From contig OZ244651.1 in assembly GCA_965218695.1 (NCBI GenBank), positions 1,984,001-2,048,000 on the forward strand: a stretch of DNA of 64,000 nucleotides, in the 5' to 3' direction. The translations under genes were made by a program, and so were the position numbers. This DNA comes from Nitrosopumilus sp. GTDB lineage: Archaea; Thermoproteota; Nitrososphaeria; Nitrososphaerales; Nitrosopumilaceae. Of this stretch, positions 19,838-29,579 are shown one piece after another (within the stretch, counting starts at the first letter, position 1; the number at the start of each line of letters is the position of its first letter). The notes under the pieces are model-generated. The model saw only the letters and a program-made list of their open reading frames with translations, was not told the origin of the DNA and made no database searches.

Positions 19838-22800
19838 AAACACATCAATCTCCAGAATCAGGGGCATCCCAATGCCCGAACACTATCGCAAGTACTACTC
19901 GGATCTCTCGACTAGGACATATACAATATTCGAAAAGGCCGCAGAGGCAAAATCCCACCTTGTTGACTCTTCTGGGATGGTAGAACCAAAAATAGCATTT
20001 GATCTGGCTGATCGTGTAGCAAAGATGCACGACATTGACATTGCCGACCCACTCAGGAAGCTGTTGCAAACAAACGGCAAGGAGATGTCGGCACTTATAC
20101 TGTCTGAGAGGATCGCCCTTGGTAAGTACTCACCTCTAGATGCCACCCTTGAAGAGAAACTCGACCTTGCCGTACGCGTGGGCCTTGCAATTGTGACGGA
20201 GGGGGTAACGATTGCTCCCCTTCAAGGAATCAGCGAAGTTACAATTAAGAGAAACAAGGACGGCTCAGAGTACCTGTCGGTATCGATAGCCGGACCAATG
20301 CGTTCTGCGGGGGGAACCGAATCTGCCGTAACAATGTTGATTGCAGACCATGTGCGGAAAAAGGCCGGACTGTCCAAATTTCAGGCCAACTCGTTTGATG
20401 ACGAAACAGGCAGGTTTGTAGAGGAGCTGAGGATATATGAGCGGGAGGCAAGCAGTTTTCAGTTTCATGTGTTGGATCGGGACATCGAGCACGTCATATT
20501 AAACCTGCCAGTAGAACTTGACGGGGTTGACACTGATCCCTTTGAGGTGGTCAACCACAAATCCATGACCCGTATTAAGACTAATCGGGTGAGGGGCGGC
20601 GCCCTGCGCGTGTTAAACGACGGACTGATCGGCAGATCCAAGAAACTCCTTAAAAGAATAGAGCTGTACAAGTTGGATGGCTGGGAATGGCTTAAGGATC
20701 TCGAGGGCGCAGTCCAGACAGACAACAACCAAGAGGGTGCCGCCACAAAAAGAATGCGCGAGGTGATTGCAGGAAGGTCAGTACTGTCAATGTCCAACAA
20801 ACCCGGAGGGTTCCGTCTCAGGTATGGACGCGCCTGCAATACTGGCTTTGCCGCAATCGGGATACACCCTGTAATAGCAGAAATTCTAAACCACGCCATC
20901 GTAGTGGGGACGCAAATCAAAACTGACATTCCTGGAAAGGGAGCAACGGTTGCCTTTGTAGACTCCATTGAGGCTCCGACAGTACTACTCAACAACGGCA
21001 GCGTCGTCAAGATCCGGGATCTGGAGCACGGAACCAAGATAAAAAACGAGATTAAGAGAATACTACACCTTGGAGACATCCTCATATCCTTTGGTGATTT
21101 TCTTGAGAACAACGCACAACTGGTTCCATCCGGGTACGTTGAGGAGTTCTGGACGGAGGAGCTGAGGCACAGGATTGAGGCACAGGATCCTGACCGTCAG
21201 AGCATGATGCAGTTTCTCCTCAGGGCCCCGACCGTACACGAGGCAATAAAGACATCCCTTGAGTGTGGCATATCACTGCACCCCAGTTTCTTGTACTTCT
21301 GGGATCTGATCTCAACCGGGGAACTGAGAGAACTCCTTAAACCTCTGGCATTAGACGAATCCGCAATCCGATACCCCTTGGGAACAAAACGAACTCTTGA
21401 GATGTTGGGGGTACCGCACAGGCTTGACGGGGAGAATGTGGTTTTAGAGGGCACGGAGGCCACAGTGTTCCACCATCTGTTGTTCCAGAAGAAGCCGGAC
21501 GTTGATAGAGATTCGGTTCCTGAGATACTGTCCAATTCTTCAGGAATCCAAATACGGGCCAAATCCTCATGCTCCGTAGGTGTCCGTATAGGGAGGCCTG
21601 AAAAGGCCGCCGCAAGGCAGATGAAGCCTCCAACACACATGCTTTTTCCGGTAGGCGATAAAGGGGGACCCACTAGGGATCTACTTCGGGCCTCAAGAAA
21701 CGGGAACTTCTTTACCAACATCTCTAACAGACGTTGCACCGGATGCGGCCAGCTCTCGATTGGCATCAAGTGCTCTATATGTGGTACCAAGACTGCCGTT
21801 ACATACTACTGCCCAAACTGCAGGAATGTAGTGGACGGCCCGGACTGCCCAAACTGCAAACGTGCGGCTCAGACCCACTCCCATAAGGAGTTTCCGTTGA
21901 AGGCAAGACTGATGCTTGCACAGGAAAGAATGAAGATACGTGCCCGTGAACCCCTCAAGGGTGTCAAGGATTTGATTGGGCAGGATCGAATTGCCGAACC
22001 CATTGAGAAGGGGCTGGCGCGCCAGAGCTTTGGGCTTACCGTCTTCAAGGACGGAACCGTGCGGTTTGACGCCACGAACTCCCCGCTTACCCAATTCAAA
22101 CCATCCTGGGTCGGAACCTCCATTGAGAGGCTGAAAGAACTTGGATACTCCTGTGACGTGGACGGGGAGCCGTTGAGTAGTTCCGACCAGATCCTTGAAC
22201 TCCGTATGCAGGACGTAATACTTCCATACGAAAGTGGAAGCTATCTGGTCTTGGTCACCAAATACATTGACGCCCTCTTTGAGAAATTCTATGAAACCGA
22301 GCCATTCTACAACGTTAAGGATCTGCATGATCTTGTAGGCCATCTGGTGATAGGGCTGGCACCACACACCTCAGTTGGGATAGTGGGGCGCATCATTGGA
22401 TTTACCAGCACCAACGTGTGTTTTGGAACGCCCAACTGGCATTCTGCCAAGAGACGGGACGCTGATGGGGATGCCGACTCTGTCATGTTGTTGACAGACG
22501 CCCTACTCAATTTTTCAAGACTGTTTCTATCTGATCGGATAGGGGGGCTCATGGACGCGCCGCTACTCATCCAGCCCCTAGTTCTGCCCCACGAATCCCA
22601 GCCGCAGGCACACAACCTTGAGGTGATAAGGTCGTTGCCACTGGAATTCTTCGAGTCCACCCTCAAATGTACCCGTGCCTCGGATGTCTCGTCAATAGAG
22701 ATTATAAAGTCCCGCCTGGATACTGAGAGGCAGTTCTGTGATTATTTTTTTACCCACGCCACCTCATCCCTGATTACATCAAAGACGCGTAGTGCCTACT

Positions 22801-23207
22801 CGACTCTTGGATCCATGCTTGACAAGTTTGACATGCAGATAAGAAACGCCGAGTTGATTGATGCCGTGGATACAACCGAGATCGTCTCAAACGTCATATC
22901 CACCCACTTTGTTCCTGACATAGTAGGAAACCTCAGATCGTACGCCAAACAAAAATTCAGATGCACGGCATGTGGGCTTTCGTATCGGCGCGTACCACTT
23001 ACCAAGACATGCCAGTGCGGCAACGAACTGCTTCCCACCATTACAAAAGCCTCAATTGAAAAGTATCTAAAACTTGCAAAGAGGCTGGTTACCACATATG
23101 ATGTGGGCAGGTATCAGAAGGGGAGGATACATGCACTCTCAGACGAGATTGAACTGGTATTTGGGAAGAGCCGTGGGGATCAGTCCCTTCTTACCGATTA
23201 CTCCTAA
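19830..23207 (+). CDS. polC: DNA polymerase D large subunit DP2
   Basis: AGPMRSAGGT, GFRLRYGR, GRPEKA, KRRDADGDAD catalytic motif, Zn fingers; no intein seen. Confidence 0.97.
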   Translation: MSENTSISRIRGIPMPEHYRKYYSDLSTRTYTIFEKAAEAKSHLVDSSGMVEPKIAFDLADRVAKMHDIDIADPLRKLLQTNGKEMSALILSERIALGKYSPLDATLEEKLDLAVRVGLAIVTEGVTIAPLQGISEVTIKRNKDGSEYLSVSIAGPMRSAGGTESAVTMLIADHVRKKAGLSKFQANSFDDETGRFVEELRIYEREASSFQFHVLDRDIEHVILNLPVELDGVDTDPFEVVNHKSMTRIKTNRVRGGALRVLNDGLIGRSKKLLKRIELYKLDGWEWLKDLEGAVQTDNNQEGAATKRMREVIAGRSVLSMSNKPGGFRLRYGRACNTGFAAIGIHPVIAEILNHAIVVGTQIKTDIPGKGATVAFVDSIEAPTVLLNNGSVVKIRDLEHGTKIKNEIKRILHLGDILISFGDFLENNAQLVPSGYVEEFWTEELRHRIEAQDPDRQSMMQFLLRAPTVHEAIKTSLECGISLHPSFLYFWDLISTGELRELLKPLALDESAIRYPLGTKRTLEMLGVPHRLDGENVVLEGTEATVFHHLLFQKKPDVDRDSVPEILSNSSGIQIRAKSSCSVGVRIGRPEKAAARQMKPPTHMLFPVGDKGGPTRDLLRASRNGNFFTNISNRRCTGCGQLSIGIKCSICGTKTAVTYYCPNCRNVVDGPDCPNCKRAAQTHSHKEFPLKARLMLAQERMKIRAREPLKGVKDLIGQDRIAEPIEKGLARQSFGLTVFKDGTVRFDATNSPLTQFKPSWVGTSIERLKELGYSCDVDGEPLSSSDQILELRMQDVILPYESGSYLVLVTKYIDALFEKFYETEPFYNVKDLHDLVGHLVIGLAPHTSVGIVGRIIGFTSTNVCFGTPNWHSAKRRDADGDADSVMLLTDALLNFSRLFLSDRIGGLMDAPLLIQPLVLPHESQPQAHNLEVIRSLPLEFFESTLKCTRASDVSSIEIIKSRLDTERQFCDYFFTHATSSLITSKTRSAYSTLGSMLDKFDMQIRNAELIDAVDTTEIVSNVISTHFVPDIVGNLRSYAKQKFRCTACGLSYRRVPLTKTCQCGNELLPTITKASIEKYLKLAKRLVTTYDVGRYQKGRIHALSDEIELVFGKSRGDQSLLTDYS

Positions 23208-23306
23208 CCATGATGATGCTTGGGGTGACTAGGTGTACGTTGTCTGCTCAAAAAACCCGGCTGCTACAACCCCCGTTTACCGGGGACCATTACAACAACT
23301 GCCCGT

Positions 23307-24626
23307 TTATCTCAGCTTGACGTACTCGTAGGCGCCAAGACCGTTGTTAAAACAGAACCTGACCCTCTGATAGTCTCTTCTGAACGCCTTAATCTTTGGG
23401 CGTATCTTCTTTGGATCCTTTCGGTCTATCACTACCTGCTTGATGAATGAGGCAATCTCCTGCATCTGTTCCTTCCTCATTCCGAGGCGGGTGATCTCTG
23501 ATACCCCGAGCCTGATTCCGCCCGGATGGAAGTAGTTTCTCCCCGCCTTTATGTCTCCTGGAATGAGCTGCCTGTTCACTATTATGTTGGCCTTCTCCAA
23601 CTCGGCCTCGACCAACCCCCCATCTGAGTAGTCTAGAACGTTGACTGCAATCTGGTGTGACTCTGTAAAACCCCTGTTCTCACCAAGCACCTTGAGTCCT
23701 GCATTGCTGAGTGATTCTGCAAGCACCCTTGCATTTTTTATAACCTGGTCTGCATACTTTGTCCCAAACTCCAGAGCCTCTGCAAAGGCGACTGCCTTTC
23801 CTGCCATGTTGTTGATGTGATGGCTACTTGTAAGACCCGGGAACACCGTCTTCTTTATGGCCTCCTCATGCATCTTGGAGCCCAAGATCAACCCGCCCTG
23901 GGGCCCAAACAAGGTTTTGTGCGTGCTCATGGTCATGGTGTCTGCACCCTCTCTGAGCGGATCCTGAAACCTGCGGCCGGCTATCAGTCCTGCAACATGG
24001 GCAGCATCATAATTGATGTGGATGTTGTGACTCTTTAGAACATCTGACAGTTCTCTGACCGGGTGTGGAAACAAGAAGAGTGAACCGCCAAACATTGCAA
24101 TCTTTGGAAGGCAACCGTCCTTATCCAACCGCGCGATCTTCTTCTTTGTCTTGTCAACATCAATCGTCATCTCCTCTGCGTCAAATGGATAAAACTCGAT
24201 CTCTAACCCGTGTACCAGCCCCGCGGTCCCTGAATGCTCCCTCTTGCCATGTGATATGTGACCTCCGGCAGGAATGGACGGTGCCAGCATTACATCTCCC
24301 GGATCTGAGTACGCCGAATAGATGGCAAGGTTTGCAATGACGCCTGAGATTGGCCTGACATCTGCAAATTCGGCCCTGTAGAGTTTCTTTGCCAGATCCG
24401 TACACTCTACCTCCACCTCGTCGATGTAGGTGCATCCGGCATAGACCCTCTCCCCGGGCCACCCCTCTGCGTATCTGTTGCCAAAGTCAGAGACCACTGC
24501 CTCCCGTACAGCCGGGCTGGGGACGTTCTCACTTGCAATTAACGGGATCGATTCTTCAAACCACCTGTGGTGCTTCTTTAACTTTGAGAAGATCCTGTTG
24601 TATGACTCCCTGTTCTGGCTTACCAC
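23307..24626 (-). CDS. glyA: Serine hydroxymethyltransferase
   Basis: LIASEN, YAEG, GGHISH, STHKTLFGPQGG; start inferred. Confidence 0.96.
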   Translation of the reverse strand: MVSQNRESYNRIFSKLKKHHRWFEESIPLIASENVPSPAVREAVVSDFGNRYAEGWPGERVYAGCTYIDEVEVECTDLAKKLYRAEFADVRPISGVIANLAIYSAYSDPGDVMLAPSIPAGGHISHGKREHSGTAGLVHGLEIEFYPFDAEEMTIDVDKTKKKIARLDKDGCLPKIAMFGGSLFLFPHPVRELSDVLKSHNIHINYDAAHVAGLIAGRRFQDPLREGADTMTMSTHKTLFGPQGGLILGSKMHEEAIKKTVFPGLTSSHHINNMAGKAVAFAEALEFGTKYADQVIKNARVLAESLSNAGLKVLGENRGFTESHQIAVNVLDYSDGGLVEAELEKANIIVNRQLIPGDIKAGRNYFHPGGIRLGVSEITRLGMRKEQMQEIASFIKQVVIDRKDPKKIRPKIKAFRRDYQRVRFCFNNGLGAYEYVKLR

Positions 24627-24709
24627 ACACGCCCATGTAATGACTCCCAATTTAAAAACACCGTCGCGAGACTGGAATACGGACCACACGTTACGCCTCT
24701 GGCCATAAT

Positions 24710-26140
24710 TTACTTCATTGTCACGAATCCGCCTCCTGTAGGTGCCGGAGGCGGCATGCGCTTGGTTCTGCCCAACCCCATGGTTGTGATGACCACCGAC
24801 GAGAGGATGATAAAGAATATGATCTGCGGATATGCCTCTGCATTGGGCAGGCCTAGGGTTACAGGATATGTGGCAAGTACGGCAGCTGCCAACCCCCTTG
24901 GAATCATCGATGTTGTTACCGCCTTGTCCAGCCTTGAGAACCTCTTTGTCAGGGTAATCCGGACGATTATCGACCGCCCAAGGTAGACTGCCACCGTAAT
25001 CAGAACCCCAAATATGACATACTCTATTTGTCCAAAACTTGCCATCAACCCCACAAACACAAAGAAGAACGATCTTATCAGAAACGTCAGCTGATTGTGC
25101 GTGGGATTGTCCGTCTCGATCTTTGGAAGTTTGAACCTGAGAACCCGAGCAAGATGGCTCTTGTTTCCAAGCATCAGGCCAAACACCAGCGCCGTCAACG
25201 CCCCGGACTCTCCAAACGAGGTTGCAAAGAAGAACAGGACAAACAGAATCCCCAAGGTAAGCATGTAGGCGTGCTGGGCATTTCCAAGCTTCGTGGTTAT
25301 GTACATCCAGGGAATCCCCACACCCAACCCCAAGGCCAGGCCCACTACGATTGCCCTCCCAAACGTATCCTGTATGGTCTGCGGGTCAAACTGTCCTGCA
25401 AGCACGGCCTCAAAGAGGACGAACGCAATTATCGTGGCCAGAATATCAGTCAGTGCCGATTCGAAGCTGAGCATGGACTTTGTCTCCTCTCCAATCTTGA
25501 TGTTCCTGACAAGACCGAAGACTATGACCGAGCTGCTTCCGCCTACGATGGAGCCCAGCAGAATGCTGTCCAGAATGGGCCACGCCAGAATGTAAAAGGC
25601 AGCAGCAGTAATCATGACCACTGACAGGACAAAACCCAGAACCGCCAGAACCACTGAAAAATGCGCAGTCTTGACTACGTGCTTGATGTCAAGATTCAAT
25701 CCCCCGTCAAACATTATGATTATCAGGGCAAGTGCGGCAAAATAAGGCACAATCTGGATGACAGCATCCGGCCCGATTATTCCAAGGACCGGCCCGATCA
25801 ACACCCCGAGGATCATCAGGAATACGACGTCTGGGATTCCCGTCTTCTTGAAGAACGCCTCGCCTGCAACCCCCAGAAGAATCACGACCCCTGCAGTAAG
25901 CAGCAGCACCTCGGCTGAGGCTATCTGTCCGTTCTGGATCGTCAGCGATTCCACCGTACCGCGCAGATCCGCAACCCTGTCTAGGATCATGTCCACACCT
26001 ATGTCTGGCAGTTGGATCCTCTCAACCTGTTCACTTATCATACCAAGAACTGTTAGGATTGTAGGATTCAACAGCTGTACCCGCACAGGTGCCGATAAAA
26101 ACCAAACCCCGTTTACGCCAGCATGAATCTGTGCGTGCAC
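24710..26140 (-). CDS. CPA1-family Na+/H+ antiporter (true start probably downstream of 26140)
   Basis: About 12 TM helices; FDGGL, ESALTD, PRGLAAAVLA. Confidence 0.88.
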   Translation of the reverse strand: MHAQIHAGVNGVWFLSAPVRVQLLNPTILTVLGMISEQVERIQLPDIGVDMILDRVADLRGTVESLTIQNGQIASAEVLLLTAGVVILLGVAGEAFFKKTGIPDVVFLMILGVLIGPVLGIIGPDAVIQIVPYFAALALIIIMFDGGLNLDIKHVVKTAHFSVVLAVLGFVLSVVMITAAAFYILAWPILDSILLGSIVGGSSSVIVFGLVRNIKIGEETKSMLSFESALTDILATIIAFVLFEAVLAGQFDPQTIQDTFGRAIVVGLALGLGVGIPWMYITTKLGNAQHAYMLTLGILFVLFFFATSFGESGALTALVFGLMLGNKSHLARVLRFKLPKIETDNPTHNQLTFLIRSFFFVFVGLMASFGQIEYVIFGVLITVAVYLGRSIIVRITLTKRFSRLDKAVTTSMIPRGLAAAVLATYPVTLGLPNAEAYPQIIFFIILSSVVITTMGLGRTKRMPPPAPTGGGFVTMK

Positions 26141-26210
26141 CCACAGATCTGTTGCCGGCCCGTCCTGACTGCGATACAGATAAAGTCAACTGCGCCGATG
26201 CACGTGTCAA

Positions 26211-26753
26211 TTGAGCGCTACAGAGACACTGAGGGAGGATCACCGGCAGATTAAACGCCTAGACAGGATCATTATTAGGTGTTATACGGAGCTTTATGCA
26301 GGCAGGGAGATTCCCCTAGCAGACATTGAAAGGATTGCAAAGATAATAGATGACTTTCTAGACTCAATTCACTATTCAAGGGAGGAGGACGCATACTTTC
26401 CGTGTGTTGCAAGCTACGACCGCCTCAAAAACGAGATTAGGGGATTGCTCATAGAACACGAATTCTCTAGGCGCATCGCTGCGAAGATTAAGAAACACCT
26501 CCGGGCTTGGAGGGAAGGAACGGATGCAAGGGAACCTGTGGCAAGATACCTTAAGACATACTCCGTATATCTGGCAGACCACATGGCCAAGGAGGAGGCC
26601 TTCTTTGACAGGGCCGCATCAGAGGTTCTCTCAAAGGAGGAGGAGTACGACATGTATGATCAGTTCAAGTCAGTCATGGCAGTATCAGTTGGCGTGGATG
26701 CGATGATCAGGGAAATAGAATATCTGGAGACGCTGCCCTGGACCCGTAACTAG
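26211..26753 (+). CDS. Hemerythrin HHE cation-binding protein
   Basis: EDH, HYSREE, EH, HMAKEE motifs. Confidence 0.85.
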   Translation: MSATETLREDHRQIKRLDRIIIRCYTELYAGREIPLADIERIAKIIDDFLDSIHYSREEDAYFPCVASYDRLKNEIRGLLIEHEFSRRIAAKIKKHLRAWREGTDAREPVARYLKTYSVYLADHMAKEEAFFDRAASEVLSKEEEYDMYDQFKSVMAVSVGVDAMIREIEYLETLPWTRN

Positions 26754-26790
26754 CGCAAACTCTTTATGGGCTGTTTTGGGACTCGTTCCC

Positions 26791-27306
26791 ATGAAACCCT
26801 TCGTTCTCTGGATGACCGGCCTGCCATGCTCCGGCAAGACCACCATTGTAAAGGATCTGCAAAAGGACATTCCAAACCTTGCAATGCTTGACGGGGACGA
26901 GCTTCGGGAATGGTTCTCCCCCAAGGACTTTTCAAAGGCCGGACGGGACGAACACAACAAGCGGGTTGCGCACCTAGCAAAACTGCTGCTAAAGCACGGG
27001 GTTCCAAGCGTAGTCTCCCTGGTGTCCCCGTACTTAGAGAACAGATCAAGTGCTAGGTCGATTGTGGATGCAGGCAACCAGTTTGCCGAATGCTATGTGA
27101 AATGCTCGCTTGAAAAATGTGAGGAGAGAGATGTCAAGGGTATGTACGCCAAGGCAAGAAGAGGAGAGATCAAAGGGTTTACCGGAATTGATGACCCATA
27201 CGAGGCTCCGGAGAATGCCGACCTCGTAGTTGACACCGAACACGAGCCCCTCTCAGACAGCGCAGACAGGGTAAGAGGCTTTCTCAGTGAGAGAGGCCTG
27301 CTTTGA
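26791..27306 (+). CDS. cysC: Adenylyl-sulfate (APS) kinase
   Basis: WMTGLPCSGKTT, LDGD, RDVKGMY, FTGIDDPYEAP. Confidence 0.95.
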   Translation: MKPFVLWMTGLPCSGKTTIVKDLQKDIPNLAMLDGDELREWFSPKDFSKAGRDEHNKRVAHLAKLLLKHGVPSVVSLVSPYLENRSSARSIVDAGNQFAECYVKCSLEKCEERDVKGMYAKARRGEIKGFTGIDDPYEAPENADLVVDTEHEPLSDSADRVRGFLSERGLL

Positions 27307-28147
27307 AATCCTTTAGAATCCTTTCATGAATTAGTCCGTTTGTAACCAGAATTCCGTTTCGATGCCGCACATCCATGTTGTTGTACGTGATGTCGTTCCC
27401 TGACATGTCAGTCATCCTTCCCCCGGCCTCCAATATGATGCAGTACGATGCCGCAGTGTCCCACTCCTTCATCATGGTAGTGGTGGTAATGTATGCCTCG
27501 GCCAGGCCTGAGCCGATCTTTGCAACCTTTAGCGAGCTGCCAACACTTGTAAAGTTATCAATGCCCAGACTCCCGATAAACGCCTTCTCAGCCGGGGACA
27601 GGTGGTGCCTTGAGCCCACCGCCCTGCACTCTGAGATATCTGAGATGGCAGTAACCGACATCCTCTCCCATGCCCCTTTAGAGCAGTACCTGTATGCGCC
27701 ACACCCCCCCTGTGCCACAAACAAAGCCCCTTCTGCAGGCCAGCTGATCACCCCCAGCACCGGCAGCCCATTCCTTACCAGCGCGATCATCACCGTAAAC
27801 TCGCCGGTCCTGTCGACAAAATCCGAAGTCCCGTCGAGCGGATCCACTATCCAAACCGTATCCTCTGAAAGTCTCTGCGGATCATCTGCATCCTCCTCAG
27901 AAAGTATCACGTGTCCGGTCTGCCTGAGAACCCCCTTGATAACCTCATTGCTTGCAAGATCAGCCTCGGTAACCGGGGAATTATCCGCCTTTGTCGATAC
28001 TGCAAAGTCCCCCCGATAGATCTCCATGATAATGCCCCCTGCCCTGACTGCAGCCTCCACGGCAGCGTCAAGATCCGGGATCCGGTCTGGCAGCGGCAGG
28101 CCTGACAAGATCTTCCCTAGGTCGTCAGTTCCGGTTTTAGCGTCCAT
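27284..28147 (-). CDS. cysQ: 3'(2'),5'-bisphosphate nucleotidase (start may be ~28108)
   Basis: SPVTEAD, LSEE, WIVDPLDGT, GSSLK, EWDTAA. Confidence 0.92.
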   Translation of the reverse strand: MDAKTGTDDLGKILSGLPLPDRIPDLDAAVEAAVRAGGIIMEIYRGDFAVSTKADNSPVTEADLASNEVIKGVLRQTGHVILSEEDADDPQRLSEDTVWIVDPLDGTSDFVDRTGEFTVMIALVRNGLPVLGVISWPAEGALFVAQGGCGAYRYCSKGAWERMSVTAISDISECRAVGSRHHLSPAEKAFIGSLGIDNFTSVGSSLKVAKIGSGLAEAYITTTTMMKEWDTAASYCIILEAGGRMTDMSGNDITYNNMDVRHRNGILVTNGLIHERILKDFKAGLSH

Positions 28148-28341
28148 ACCACTCCCAGCACGATGAACGGAATCGACATGATTCCTATGATGCCAAGTAT
28201 TGTGTTAAACTGAGGTGCCGACACCTCTGGATTGTTGATGATCCACGGCAACGGCAGGGTGATTATCACCCAGATGATCCCCAAAAGTATTATCAGCTTG
28301 ACCTTTGCCTTTCTGTCCTTCACAGCACCTCTAGCACACAA
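28117..28341 (-). CDS. Small two-TM membrane protein
   Basis: Two hydrophobic helices. Confidence 0.65.
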   Translation of the reverse strand: MCARGAVKDRKAKVKLIILLGIIWVIITLPLPWIINNPEVSAPQFNTILGIIGIMSIPFIVLGVVWTLKPELTT

Positions 28342-28571
28342 GCTGTATTAAATTCATGTTCATTGGCAGATCTTTTGGAACCCCTATCCCGGGATGCGTC
28401 TGCCAGATCTGCCATCGATTTCCTGCCATTCCGGGCGATCCTGCAACATGCGTGTTATGGCATGTAATTTACACCCCATTACCTAGAAACGAACCCAAAA
28501 CATCCAATAAAGTTATTAAAAAATTGAAATTTATTTAACTAAACCTTAAATAGTTAAAATTCCTATACATG

Positions 28572-28696
28572 TTGATGCCGATGGATGCAACTTCTATCGA
28601 CTAACCCGGCGTAGCCCCGCAGAACAAAAAGGCGCTCAGAGTATCTGACAGCAAGAGGAAATCTCTTAAAGTTCTGCCGTGAAGGGGGTACGCCTC
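28572..28696 (+). ncRNA. Candidate structured RNA with 9-codon micro-ORF
   Basis: TATA CCTTAAATAG upstream; helices CGATGGA/TCTATCG, GGCGTA-CCCC/GGGG-TACGCC, GCAGAAC/GTTCTGC, TCAGA/TCTGA, AAGAG/CTCTT. Confidence 0.55.
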
Positions 28697-29143
28697 TTAT
28701 TTCTTCAAAATGTCTACAGAGACCGCACCGTTTACGTCCCCGTTTGGATCAACAACTATTACCATCTTCCCACCAATTGGAATTGAAACGGTCTTCTGTC
28801 CGTCATAGTCCCAGGTAAAGTACTCTGAGATGCCTGTCTCCTGCAGCGTGCTCCTGAGCCTGAACTCCTCGTGGAAGTCAAGATCCTCCCCGATTAGCAT
28901 TATCGACAGGATCTCCGGACTACTCCCGTTTGGAACGAACCCAAAGACATACTCCCCGCTATCTGCTGTAAACGAGTTGGTGAAGACACCGTTCTTGTAC
29001 AGGCTGGGGTCTGCGAGGGTCGCATGAAACACGGCCTTGCTTTTGTCAGGTGAGTCTAGCGAGCTACCACTTACTATGGCGATTACGGCTATGACTGCCA
29101 GCGGAATTATTATCTTCCTGTCCATGGGATCAGTCAGGCGCAA
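28697..29143 (-). CDS. Membrane-anchored hypothetical protein
   Basis: N-terminal hydrophobic anchor followed by a beta-rich domain. Confidence 0.7.
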   Translation of the reverse strand: MRLTDPMDRKIIIPLAVIAVIAIVSGSSLDSPDKSKAVFHATLADPSLYKNGVFTNSFTADSGEYVFGFVPNGSSPEILSIMLIGEDLDFHEEFRLRSTLQETGISEYFTWDYDGQKTVSIPIGGKMVIVVDPNGDVNGAVSVDILKK

Positions 29144-29501
29144 TATTATAAAAACGAACTTTGAATTGTTACGTGCTTTTACGCCTTGGTGCCGGCCAGA
29201 AATTTATGTGATTCCACACCACGCATCCGGGGTCTCAAACCCAACTGCCCGTTTATAATGGAACGTTGCAGGGAACGCCTTGCCAGATCTTCAAACCGTT
29301 CTGTGCATTTGGGACTCTTCAAAATCGTGGATCTTAGACAAAACTCATCCAACCAATATGCGTCAGATTACCTTATTTGAACAGAGCCGCATTTGGGGTG
29401 GCGTACAGGGCATGCCCCAAATTACTCCCAGAACTGCAGGCCTCATGCCGTGGCATGTCCGTCAGGCCTAGCCGTTCACGTACACCCCCGTGACGCTGCC
29501 C

Positions 29502-29557
29502 ATTCTTGTTAGTGAAATTTTATGTACTGTTAATCAATATTTACACCTGAAATTAAG
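29502..29557 (+). promoter_or_regulatory. cdvB promoter module (TGT-N12-ACA plus ATTAAG TATA-like box)
   Basis: 39/56 ungapped identity to the region upstream of the second cdvB paralog. Confidence 0.65.
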
Positions 29558-29579
29558 TACGAACTACACGACCGTGATC

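Noticed and set aside
19830-23207. Possible intein in DP2, or in cdc6/cdc48
   Set aside because: Protein lengths are normal and no intein terminal or LAGLIDADG motifs are visible
28630-28670. CTGA...GAAA suggested a hammerhead ribozyme
   Set aside because: Core reads CTGACAG rather than CTGANGA, and the GAAA lies in a hairpin loop instead of the junction
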